Made by a program: the position numbers and the translations under genes
Part shown: one piece after another, positions 31,771 to 41,311 of the stretch
Layout: each line of letters starts with the position of its first letter
How positions within the stretch are numbered: position 1 is the first letter of the stretch
DNA from: Clostridia bacterium
GTDB lineage: Bacteria; Bacillota; Clostridia; UBA1212; DUPL01
DNA length: 64,000 bases
Assembly: GCA_050951325.1 (NCBI GenBank)
Contig: JBMNIW010000012.1
Coordinates: 384,001 to 448,000, forward strand
Reading direction: 5' to 3'
The notes under the pieces: model-generated
Databases searched by the model: none
Told to the model about the DNA's origin: nothing
The model's input: only the letters and a program-made list of their open reading frames with translations

Positions 31771-33459
31771 TTAAAATATAACAATGGTTTTATTAATATC
31801 ATTTATATCATAGGCAATTAAGCTGCCTCCGTTGTCGGTTGTATAGCTGTAAATAAATGTTTCGGATACATATATGTCTGTGGATTTTCTGTCAATTAAT
31901 AGGCTGCTTGCGCCAGTCTCGGTATCTATCCTGTACAAGCCCTGGTCTTTCTTCAATCCGGATGTGCTTCTTACGTATCCATCAATATACAAATACTTAT
32001 CATTGATATAATATGCGCTGGAGTTCAAATTAATATCTGAAACCGCATGATAAGTTTTTTCATCCAAGTCGTACCTGTACATAGGTATTTGGCGGTTTGT
32101 AGCTGCATGCTGCTTGAAGGTATTGAAGTAGATATTCCCGCCCAGTATGTGTAGGTCATAAGCCTCATCGAAGTACAGCACGTTGACTTCAGTTTCCTCT
32201 CCCGTTTCATCCAGATAATAGATTCCAAGGCCTGCTCCGCCTGAGAAGAAAATAGTGTCATCATGAACGAATATGTCGTAGAAGAACATGTCCTCCTTTG
32301 TGTTATGGTACACAAGTTCCACATCCTGGCCGTCCTTCTTCATCCTGCTGATGCCATCCGGAGAGGTATAGTAGATATAATCGTTGTAAAGAAAGATTGA
32401 CGAACCTGCTTCTGTAGATATCTGTTGTCTGTCGGAACCATCCTTGTTAATTCTGTAAATACGTCCGTCGTTTCTGTTTCTGTAGAACAGATACTCTCCG
32501 TCTGTTACAAGCTCTTTGACAAAATCATCAGACAGTTTCACCAGCTTCTTTGTTTTCAAATCGAAAGAATAAAGTTTTGATTTGTCCTTGTAATTCTGGA
32601 AGTAAACAACTCCATCTACCTCCACTAGTGCTATCTCATAACCTAGATTGTATCTGTCCCTGTCATAATTCTTTTTGTAGTTTTCAACTATCGCATATAT
32701 GACAAGGGAAACCAAAACCACACAGACAAGAACCATGGCTGCAATACCTCCCAAGCGGGCTCTTTTTGCGCTCTTGCCTGATTTGGCAAGCCTTCTGATA
32801 TATTCCAGCTCCGCATCCTTGTCGGTAAAGGTAATTTCATCCTCCGACAGATTTAATACTTCGTGACTTACAAAAGAGACCCTTGTCTGTTTGTCTGAAA
32901 GAATCTGGTCATAAACATCAGGTGCGGAGGATGTAATATCCCTCCTGATATATTCAAGGATATCACTTGCACTTCTTTTTACATTATCCTTTTTGCGAAG
33001 TTCTTTTAATCCACGCTTGTACTCATTTCTGGCAGATGCATGATAATACCACAGAAGATTTGCAATCTCCTTCATGGATAAACCAGACATGGCTTTAAGG
33101 ACAATAATGGAGCCTCTATCGTTTTTCAAAGATGACACGGTGTCTCTTACAGCTTTTGACACATTGTCGAGCTTTCCTTCCTTCAAGGCCGCATGTATGT
33201 CCTTGTCGTGAAGTGCGTTAATAGAAAGGTTTTTGGTAATATCCAAAAGCCAATATTCAGCGTTAATATCAGTATCATATGTGTTGGCAAACTGTTTTAC
33301 TCGTCTGTAGGTTTCGATAGTAATGTCCCTTGCCAGCACTCTGTCTCGTACAAGAGAAAGGGCAAGACCATAGACAGTGTGATGAGTCTTGTCGTAGAGT
33401 TCTTTTAGATCTTTCTCCTCGTTTTTTGATATGCCAACTATAAGGTATGCAAAATCCAA
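31771..33459 (-). CDS. ECF sigma-like domain fused through a TM helix to an extracellular DUF5050-like beta-propeller
   Basis: Sigma region 2 and region 4 like segments, one TM, then repeated DGxYxFY / IYRINKDGS blades; TTG start with GGAGTG RBS. Confidence 0.65.
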   Translation of the reverse strand: MDFAYLIVGISKNEEKDLKELYDKTHHTVYGLALSLVRDRVLARDITIETYRRVKQFANTYDTDINAEYWLLDITKNLSINALHDKDIHAALKEGKLDNVSKAVRDTVSSLKNDRGSIIVLKAMSGLSMKEIANLLWYYHASARNEYKRGLKELRKKDNVKRSASDILEYIRRDITSSAPDVYDQILSDKQTRVSFVSHEVLNLSEDEITFTDKDAELEYIRRLAKSGKSAKRARLGGIAAMVLVCVVLVSLVIYAIVENYKKNYDRDRYNLGYEIALVEVDGVVYFQNYKDKSKLYSFDLKTKKLVKLSDDFVKELVTDGEYLFYRNRNDGRIYRINKDGSDRQQISTEAGSSIFLYNDYIYYTSPDGISRMKKDGQDVELVYHNTKEDMFFYDIFVHDDTIFFSGGAGLGIYYLDETGEETEVNVLYFDEAYDLHILGGNIYFNTFKQHAATNRQIPMYRYDLDEKTYHAVSDINLNSSAYYINDKYLYIDGYVRSTSGLKKDQGLYRIDTETGASSLLIDRKSTDIYVSETFIYSYTTDNGGSLIAYDINDINKTIVIF

Positions 33460-33565
33460 TCCATTCACTCCCAAAAAATTATAACAATATATTATACCCC
33501 AAAAACAGACGTATGACAAAATCTACTTGCTTAATTATACCATCCGGAGACTTTCTTAGGCAAGA

Positions 33566-35158
33566 CTAGAGCATGGGTGCAAAGACATGCAAAATGGACT
33601 GGATGAATCTATAGTACAAAGGTCTTTTTTTCCACTCTTCATACGTTATTTCCCTGCACATGTCCAGAGTTTCCAGGAAATCTTTCTTTATATCAAACAC
33701 GGAATCGGTACCACACAGCCATACACCGTTTTCAAAATGCAGATAAAACGACCTGAAATCCATGTTAATTGTGCCAACTATTGCCGTCTCGTCATCACAC
33801 ACCACATTTTTCGAATGTATAAATCCTGGCACATACTCATAAATTTTCACACCGGTTTCAAGAAGCACACCGTAGAAGGTTCGCGTTACCGCAAAAACAT
33901 ACTTCTTGTCAGGAATACCTGGAGTTATTATCCTTACATCAATACCGCTCTGGGCAGCCAGCCTAAGACTGGTTACCATTTCATTGTCCAGAATGAGATA
34001 CGGCGTTGTAATGTAAATATATCTTCTTGCAGTGTTTATCATCTGCATGTATGAAAATTCTGCCGGATTGTTTGGGTTGTTAAGTGGCCCGTCAGAAAAA
34101 GGCTGTACATAGCCTTTATGAATTATACCTGAATTATGTATATACGTAGGCTTAAATTTTGTATAATCACAATCCGCTGGATATGATTTTGCTGCAGCAT
34201 AGCTCCATATCTGCAGAAACATGACCGTAAGACTCCAGACACCTTCGCCTTTTAACATAATTCCTGAGTCTTTCCAGTGGCCATATGCTTCAACCCTGTT
34301 AATATACTCATCCGCAATATTTATCCCACCGGTAAAAGCGGTGTTTCCATCAATTACACAAATCTTCTGATGGTTCCTGTAATTCATGTAAAAGTTGTTT
34401 ATTAAAGGCTTTATCGGATTAAAAACAACAGCCTTTATGCCATGCTTGCGAAGTTCAAGGTAATACTTTTTTGGTAGCGTGGATATGCAGCCAAAGTCGT
34501 CGTAAACAAGTCTTACCTCCACACCCTTGGACACCTTCTCTTTGAGAACCTCAAGAAGAGTGTCCCACATGTGTCCTTTTGAGATTATAAAAAACTCAAG
34601 AAAAATGAATTTTTCTGCCTTCTTGACTTCTTCCAGCATTGCTTCATAAAACTTGTCCCCCTCAGAGAAATATACGGTTTCCGTATTGTTGTATACAGGA
34701 AATCCGGATTCAAGCAAGAACTTTGTGACCCTGCTTTGGGAAGGATACTCCTTCAGGATGGATTCCTCGACGTCCTTGAATCTTTTGTACAAAGGTACCG
34801 TCATTGTACTAAGTTGCGCAATTCTTCTTTTTGTATTATTGGGGTTTCTTCCTCTTCCCCACATGATATAGAAAAGAAGTCCCAAAAAAGGGATGGATAG
34901 TATCAATACAATCCAGGCAATCTTGTATGACGGATTGGACTGGTTTGATACAATTCTCATAGCGGTAACGGCACTTATTCCTTGAAATACGATATATGCG
35001 GACAAGGCAAAAACATTTAATGAATAAAGGGCATATATAAGGAAGACAATCTGCACAAGAAACACTGTTAAAGCAGCAATTATTCTTACCAGACTTGCTT
35101 TTTTTCTCTTTGGAAGGTCCATTGTGTGCAATTTGTCCAACTCAGTCTTTTTATGCAT
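33566..35158 (-). CDS. cls: Cardiolipin synthase
   Basis: Two HKD motifs (NHQKICVIDG, IHSKNVVCDD); N-terminal TMs. Confidence 0.92.
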   Translation of the reverse strand: MHKKTELDKLHTMDLPKRKKASLVRIIAALTVFLVQIVFLIYALYSLNVFALSAYIVFQGISAVTAMRIVSNQSNPSYKIAWIVLILSIPFLGLLFYIMWGRGRNPNNTKRRIAQLSTMTVPLYKRFKDVEESILKEYPSQSRVTKFLLESGFPVYNNTETVYFSEGDKFYEAMLEEVKKAEKFIFLEFFIISKGHMWDTLLEVLKEKVSKGVEVRLVYDDFGCISTLPKKYYLELRKHGIKAVVFNPIKPLINNFYMNYRNHQKICVIDGNTAFTGGINIADEYINRVEAYGHWKDSGIMLKGEGVWSLTVMFLQIWSYAAAKSYPADCDYTKFKPTYIHNSGIIHKGYVQPFSDGPLNNPNNPAEFSYMQMINTARRYIYITTPYLILDNEMVTSLRLAAQSGIDVRIITPGIPDKKYVFAVTRTFYGVLLETGVKIYEYVPGFIHSKNVVCDDETAIVGTINMDFRSFYLHFENGVWLCGTDSVFDIKKDFLETLDMCREITYEEWKKRPLYYRFIQSILHVFAPML

Positions 35159-36227
35159 TTCTTTTCCTCATTTCCTTTCTTTCAATCAATGGTTTTGCCG
35201 CATATCTGTTAAAAATCATTGTATTGAAAAGGTAAAGTAAAACTACTAACTTATGTTTGAATAAAAATATTTCTATCCTGTCCAATTTGGAGTAATATGA
35301 TTTGTCGACTTTTCTTAAAGCATCATTAAAGAAATCGTCTTGAACCATTTCCCTCAAAAGAACAAGCTTTTCTTTTCTTGATATTCCAAGCATAAACGAG
35401 CCCTTCATAAGCCTGAAGGCGTTTTTTACAAACCAGTTGTAAAAGGTTGTTTTGGATTGCTCATCGTCTATACCCCATATGCCCAGATGCCTGAAAACTT
35501 CTTTTCTAACCGCAGTGCTGCTTTTGAAAATTGTTGGATCAAACTTTTTGGTCATACTTTCACGGTTTGTGGTTCTGTAGTTGTAAAGAGGCACATCAAG
35601 ATATAGAATACTTTCAGCTCTTGTGAATATCTGAAGGGAAATGTATAAATCTTCTTCTCTTCTTATCCATAGGAAGTTTGGATCCCTTTTTATGCTTTTT
35701 AAAATGTCTGCCCTTATTGCCTTTATCCAAACGGAATTGAGCTCGTTTACTGTTATGAGTTTTTTGTAGAATTCGTGCATGTTATCCTTGTCAAAGAAGG
35801 TGTTGTGCTCAAACACGCCTTCTATTGTAAATTTTCCTTTTTCATCGACATTGTACCATTTGTACATGCACAAATCGCAGTTTGTTCTCTTTATGGCTTC
35901 ATACACTGTTTCGAGCAATATGGGCTCAAAGTAGTCGTCTGAGTCCAAAAAAACACAATATTCTCCTGTTGCAAGTGAAATTGCCTTGTCTTTTGCAGCA
36001 ATGGGGCCTTGGTTTTCCTGATGGTGGACCTTGACACGCGCATCCTTTTTTGCGTAATCATCCATTATCTGTACACAGTTGTCTGTGGAGCCGTCATCTA
36101 CAAGTATCAGCTCAAAGTTGGCATAGGTCTGGTTCAATACCGATTCTATGCACTGTGTTATATATTTTTCTTCGTTGTAAACGGGAGTAATTATACTAAA
36201 AAGCACGATAAAATCCACCTCTCTCAA
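35151..36227 (-). CDS. Glycosyltransferase family 2
   Basis: PVYNEE, DDGSTD, FLDSDD. Confidence 0.92.
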   Translation of the reverse strand: MREVDFIVLFSIITPVYNEEKYITQCIESVLNQTYANFELILVDDGSTDNCVQIMDDYAKKDARVKVHHQENQGPIAAKDKAISLATGEYCVFLDSDDYFEPILLETVYEAIKRTNCDLCMYKWYNVDEKGKFTIEGVFEHNTFFDKDNMHEFYKKLITVNELNSVWIKAIRADILKSIKRDPNFLWIRREEDLYISLQIFTRAESILYLDVPLYNYRTTNRESMTKKFDPTIFKSSTAVRKEVFRHLGIWGIDDEQSKTTFYNWFVKNAFRLMKGSFMLGISRKEKLVLLREMVQDDFFNDALRKVDKSYYSKLDRIEIFLFKHKLVVLLYLFNTMIFNRYAAKPLIERKEMRKRNA

Positions 36228-36319
36228 TGAACACTGTTATTATATGCAATACAAGTAAATAATTCAAGCTTGACTAATTACGTGTAACTGGGTACGATTA
36301 ATGGTAGAAATGTCAAGGA

Positions 36320-37483
36320 GTGATTGTTTTGACCATATGCATCTTGATGGGACCTTATCCAACTGATGAAAATCCAATTAATGCGTTTACTGACATGTTG
36401 GTTACCGAAATGGCAAACCAGGGTGTTAATTGCGTGGTTATTGCGCCACAGAGCAGGACGGAACATTTTTTTTGGAAGACCAAGCCTGCTCCACTGGTAA
36501 GGGAGAAAACAGCACCCAATGGCAACAAGATAACGATATATTCACCAGTTTACAACTCCTGGTCGGCAAAGAGCATATTGGGGTTCAATACAGCAAGACT
36601 AACGCAAAGAAGTTATGAAAGAGTTGTATTGAAAGAGTATGTTAAAAGAAATATTAAGGCGGATGTGTTGTATGGACAGTTCTTTTCTCTGGGCGGTCTT
36701 GCTGCGGCAAAGCTGGGGGACATGTTCGGTATACCTGCTTTTGTGGACAACGGTGAAAGTACATTAAGCAGCCTTGACATATTGAATAGGAAGATGGTTG
36801 TCGAGAGAATCAAAAAGCTTTCAGGCATAATATCAGTATCTAGTGAGAACAAAAGGGTTCTTTTGGAGAGCGGTTATGTAAGCCCCGAGTTTGAAGATAG
36901 AATGATTGTTGCTGTTAATTGTATTAATGAAAGCATGTTTTACAAAACCGACAAACAAAAGATGAGAAAAGAGCTTGGTTTTCCAGAGGATGCATTTATC
37001 GTAAGCTTTATTGGCCATTTTATTGAAAGAAAGGGCACTGCAGTTTTGACGGAAGTTTTAAAGGATATGGATGATGTATACTCGATATTCATCGGGAGAG
37101 GTCCCATGGTTCCGGATATTAAGAACATGCTCCACTGTGGTACCGTACCCCATGAAAAGGTATACATGTATTTGAATGCATCTGACGTGTTTGTACTTCC
37201 CACACTGGCGGAAGGGTTGTGCAATGCAATCCTTGAAGCGCTGGCATGTGGTGTGCCAGTTATATCTTCCGATTTGCCCTTCAACTACGATGTACTTGAT
37301 GACAGCTGTTCGATTTTGGTGAATCCGAAGAACAAAGATGAGATATATAGTGCCATTCTTCGTCTTAAGGAGGATGAGGAGCTTAAAAAAAGGCTTTCCG
37401 AAGGAGCCCTTGAAAAAGCCTCAAAGTTTTCATTGAAAAACAGAATTGCCAAGATTTTGGAATTTATAAACAATAACATCTAG
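36320..37483 (+). CDS. Glycosyltransferase family 4 (GT-B)
   Basis: RKG, EGLCNAILEALACG. Confidence 0.9.
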   Translation: MIVLTICILMGPYPTDENPINAFTDMLVTEMANQGVNCVVIAPQSRTEHFFWKTKPAPLVREKTAPNGNKITIYSPVYNSWSAKSILGFNTARLTQRSYERVVLKEYVKRNIKADVLYGQFFSLGGLAAAKLGDMFGIPAFVDNGESTLSSLDILNRKMVVERIKKLSGIISVSSENKRVLLESGYVSPEFEDRMIVAVNCINESMFYKTDKQKMRKELGFPEDAFIVSFIGHFIERKGTAVLTEVLKDMDDVYSIFIGRGPMVPDIKNMLHCGTVPHEKVYMYLNASDVFVLPTLAEGLCNAILEALACGVPVISSDLPFNYDVLDDSCSILVNPKNKDEIYSAILRLKEDEELKKRLSEGALEKASKFSLKNRIAKILEFINNNI

Positions 37484-37563
37484 TCGATTCTGTTTATTTG
37501 AAACATTGCCATAACTGTTACGCCTATTATGCCGCCAACTATTAATCCCAACAAAAACATCAT
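37480..37563 (-). CDS. 27-aa membrane peptide, DUF3789-like (missed by ORF track)
   Basis: MMFLLGLIVGGIIGVTVMAMFQINRID with GGAGG RBS. Confidence 0.6.
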   Translation of the reverse strand: MMFLLGLIVGGIIGVTVMAMFQINRID

Positions 37564-37699
37564 TGTAAACAACCTCCAAAATTTAGTATTATTATTCTGT
37601 ACGCAATTTTTAAAATTATGCATTTCAGGTAGAATAAATTTACAATTTTCTTGCAAAAACTATTCCAAAGTGTTATTGTATCTTTTGAGGTGGTATTAA

Positions 37700-38437
37700 A
37701 TGCAAGCTATAATTCTTGCTGCGGGCTTCGGGCAGAGATTGGCCCCTGTAACGGAAGATCTGCCAAAAGCGCTTGTTGAAGTCAACGGGCATCCTTTGCT
37801 TGTGAATGCGCTTAATCTTTTGTCGGAATTCGACATAGACGAGGTAATAATTGTAGTAGGACATCTTCGTGAAAAAATTATCCAGAGAATAGGAACTGTC
37901 TACAAGGGTATGAGGATAACTTACGTGGATAACCCCCGCTACAGGGAAACCAACAATGTGTACTCCTTCTATCTAACCAAGGATTATATTAGAGATGACG
38001 TAATCATGCTTGAGTGTGATTTGTTTTTTGACAAGCCGTTGCTAGAAAAGGTTGTCAGAGGTGAAGGAGACTGCAGCATACTGGTAAGCCCATATAACAG
38101 GGCAACCATGGATGGAACAGTTATTCGCACAGATGGCGACAAGGCAAAGGCTCTTATTATCAAAAAGCACCAAATTAAAGACTTTGATTATTCAGGCTAC
38201 ATGAAAACAGTAAATGTGTACAAGTTTAAGAAGGACTTCATGCTTAATCATTTCTTGCCGGCTGTCAGTACCTATGTGCAATATGAGTCAGTAAACAGCT
38301 ATTACGAACTTGTTCTCGGTTCTTTGATCTATTATGGAAACAGTGATATCAGGGTTGTTATGATTGAGGAAGATGCGTGGGCGGAAATTGATAATGCTGA
38401 AGACCTTGCAAGAGCAGAAAAAAAGTTTAAAAGGTGA
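37700..38437 (+). CDS. LicC-like (phosphocholine-type) cytidylyltransferase
   Basis: LAAGFGQRL...PK, YRETNNVYSF, WAEIDNAEDL. Confidence 0.82.
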   Translation: MQAIILAAGFGQRLAPVTEDLPKALVEVNGHPLLVNALNLLSEFDIDEVIIVVGHLREKIIQRIGTVYKGMRITYVDNPRYRETNNVYSFYLTKDYIRDDVIMLECDLFFDKPLLEKVVRGEGDCSILVSPYNRATMDGTVIRTDGDKAKALIIKKHQIKDFDYSGYMKTVNVYKFKKDFMLNHFLPAVSTYVQYESVNSYYELVLGSLIYYGNSDIRVVMIEEDAWAEIDNAEDLARAEKKFKR

Positions 38438-39153
38438 GTAGATTGTACAAGGATGTAATTGGTATTGTGGGAGGAATGGGTTCCTTTGCGACCTGTGATC
38501 TGTTTAGACGACTTATTGAGGCTTTCCCTGCTGAGAAGGAGTGGGACAGACCAAGAATAGTTATTGACAACAACTGCACAATGCCAAGCCGGGTTAGAGC
38601 AATAATTTATAAAGAAGAAAGACCAAAGCTTGTAGAACTTTTGACAGAGTCAGTTATCAATCTTAGAAACATGGGATGCACCAAGATAATACTGGCCTGC
38701 AACACATCCCATGTGTTTCTTGAGGAGATATACGAACTGTATGAGAAAAAGACAGGTAATCAGAACTGTAATATTATGAACATGATTGAGATAATTGCAG
38801 AAAGTCTTCATGCCCAAGGTATAAAAAAGGTTGCTTTGATGGCAACGGAAGGAACAATGGACTCGAAGATATATGACGAGTATTTGTCAAAGTACGGAAT
38901 TGAGGTCATACCTCCTAAAAAGGAAGATTATGTAGAGTTTCGTTATCTTATTGAATGTGTCAAGCAGAACAAGGTAGACGAGGAGGCGGTAAATCGTTTT
39001 ATCAATAGTGCTGAAAATCTTGGTTGCAGAGATGTAATACTTGGCTGCACAGAATTTCCTGTATTTTTAAGATATATGAGCAGGATGCCGAATGTGAATC
39101 TGCATGACCCTCTTGAATATTTAATAACCAAATTAAAGAAAGAACTGATGTAG
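38434..39153 (+). CDS. Aspartate/glutamate racemase family protein
   Basis: GIVGGMG, catalytic ACNT and LGCTE. Confidence 0.9.
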   Translation: MSRLYKDVIGIVGGMGSFATCDLFRRLIEAFPAEKEWDRPRIVIDNNCTMPSRVRAIIYKEERPKLVELLTESVINLRNMGCTKIILACNTSHVFLEEIYELYEKKTGNQNCNIMNMIEIIAESLHAQGIKKVALMATEGTMDSKIYDEYLSKYGIEVIPPKKEDYVEFRYLIECVKQNKVDEEAVNRFINSAENLGCRDVILGCTEFPVFLRYMSRMPNVNLHDPLEYLITKLKKELM

Positions 39154-39157
39154 AGAG

Positions 39158-40336
39158 ATGAAGATTTACGACAAGCTTTTAAATCACTATCAGGTTTTTT
39201 TCAATAAGAGAATAAAGTATCTTAGAAGGAAAAGAAACATACTTTTATATTGTGCCTCCGATACCATGGTTTGGCACATTCTCAATTATTATGACCAGGT
39301 AAAGGAGAACCCTGTATACAATTTCTACTTATACTACGGCGATGCTAAAACAGATAACGAAACAAGAACAAGAAGAACATACGAGATAACAAAGGGAACA
39401 CGCATAGAACCAATAACAAACAAGAAAAGACTTGTACTCGTTCCGCTGGATTTGATTGTGACAGCGGATCTTGATTATGAACCCTTAAGGTACACAAAAG
39501 ATATCGTCCCTATTTTATATGTAAATCATGGCTTTCACATAGTAAGCATAGACAATGATAGAAATTTATATGCTTATGGGGAAAGAGCATTGGATGATAA
39601 GGGAAGATGCAAGTTTTCCTGTATACTCGAGGCAAATATGCGCATAGCCAATGTTATGAACAAAAGAGAGCCTTTTAAGGGACTTGTAATGCATGTGGGA
39701 GCAAAAGACGGAGACATTATCGAACGAGAAGTTGATAATTACAGTATGTACAGAAAAAAACTTGGCATAGAGGAAGAAGAGACTTTGGTTTGTGTTTTTG
39801 GGACCTGGAGAAAGGAAAGTCTCTTTCAGTATCTTGGCAAGGAGTTTCTCGAAGCGATGGGCAGTATGACAGACAAGGGTTACAAGTTTGTTCTATCAAT
39901 CCACCCCAGGGAGTATGTCAAATACGACGAGGATGTCGAACCTATGGGCCATGTGCTGGAGGAGTATGCCCAAAAATATGGATTTATTGTTAGGCATCCA
40001 AAGGACAGCTATATTCCCTATCTTATTGCATCAGATATAGTTATATCCGACTACACATCCCTTTATGAAAATGCAATTCTTGCAGGAAAGAAGCTTTGTC
40101 TCAGCTATTTTCCGGAAACTTCAGTGGGGGATTTATCCATTGCCAATTTCTTGAGAAATGAAATCAAGGTTTTGAGAAGGGAAGATATAAAAGAGCTTGG
40201 ATGGCACTTGAATGAAATAAAGGTTGCGGATTTTTCTGATATTCTAGAAAAGTACAGAAAAGAGATTTATCCGGGCATAGGAGTTTACAAAAACCGTGTC
40301 AAAGAAATAACCAGGAAGCTGGTGGGATTGAAATGA
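39158..40336 (+). CDS. CDP-glycerol glycerophosphotransferase (TagF)-like protein
   Basis: NHG, GTWR, IHP, ASDIVISDYTS motifs. Confidence 0.65.
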   Translation: MKIYDKLLNHYQVFFNKRIKYLRRKRNILLYCASDTMVWHILNYYDQVKENPVYNFYLYYGDAKTDNETRTRRTYEITKGTRIEPITNKKRLVLVPLDLIVTADLDYEPLRYTKDIVPILYVNHGFHIVSIDNDRNLYAYGERALDDKGRCKFSCILEANMRIANVMNKREPFKGLVMHVGAKDGDIIEREVDNYSMYRKKLGIEEEETLVCVFGTWRKESLFQYLGKEFLEAMGSMTDKGYKFVLSIHPREYVKYDEDVEPMGHVLEEYAQKYGFIVRHPKDSYIPYLIASDIVISDYTSLYENAILAGKKLCLSYFPETSVGDLSIANFLRNEIKVLRREDIKELGWHLNEIKVADFSDILEKYRKEIYPGIGVYKNRVKEITRKLVGLK

Positions 40337-41307
40337 AAAGGGAATTGGTAAGTGTTATTGTTCCGGTATACAATACTGAAAAATATCTGAAAAAATGTAT
40401 AGATTCAATTCTCAACCAGACGTACAAGGAAATTGAACTGATTCTTGTAGATGATGGCTCCACTGACAATAGCCTTGAAATATTGCGTGAATACGAAAGG
40501 CAGGACACCAGGGTTTTTGTGATACCACAGGAGAACAAGGGGGTCTCCGGAGCGAGAAACAGAGGACTTGAGGCGGCCAGGGGCAAGTATATAGGGTTTG
40601 TTGATTCCGATGATTACATTTCTTTATATATGATTGAATATTTGGTCGGTCTTCTTGAGGAAGGTAATGATTTTGCTTCCTGCGGTTGGATTTATGAAAC
40701 CGAGGAAGGTGAAAGAGAGCAATCTACGAGTGGAAGTATAAAAGAAATGGAAACTCGGAATGATATACTGAAATGCATGTTTGAGCAAGGGGGGTGTGCG
40801 CCAAACGTTTGTAACAAACTATTAAGAGGGGATGTTGTAAGGGAGCATGGCATTCGGTTTCCGGAGGGTATCAAGATTGGAGAGGACATGATTATGCTGT
40901 GCCAGTACGTCCTTAATTGTGAAAAAGGAGTATATGATCCAAATCCTTTGTACCACTATGTGACAAGAAAAGACTCTGCATATCACAAGCGGATTGTAAA
41001 AGGGAGCTTTGATGAAAGTTTCGTGAATGAGATTAAAGCCCATGAAATTGTTTTGGAAATGCTGCCTGACTGTGGGGCAAGAAAAAGCTTTATAAACAAA
41101 TTGTATTATGTAAATTTGAGAACCATGATGTTTCTTGCTCATGCAGGATTTCCGATTCGAGAATTGTATGATTATCTTATTCGCTTTCTAAGAAGCAATT
41201 TAACTGGTTACCTGTCATCAGACAGAGGTTTGAAGCAGAAGATACATGCGCTGTTAATGTGTACAAGTCCAAGACTATGGCATTATATTTTCAAGGATAG
41301 AGGGTAA
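40333..41307 (+). CDS. Glycosyltransferase family 2
   Basis: PVYNTE, DDGSTD, GVSGARN, FVDSDD, GED. Confidence 0.92.
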   Translation: MKRELVSVIVPVYNTEKYLKKCIDSILNQTYKEIELILVDDGSTDNSLEILREYERQDTRVFVIPQENKGVSGARNRGLEAARGKYIGFVDSDDYISLYMIEYLVGLLEEGNDFASCGWIYETEEGEREQSTSGSIKEMETRNDILKCMFEQGGCAPNVCNKLLRGDVVREHGIRFPEGIKIGEDMIMLCQYVLNCEKGVYDPNPLYHYVTRKDSAYHKRIVKGSFDESFVNEIKAHEIVLEMLPDCGARKSFINKLYYVNLRTMMFLAHAGFPIRELYDYLIRFLRSNLTGYLSSDRGLKQKIHALLMCTSPRLWHYIFKDRG

Positions 41308-41311
41308 GTAA

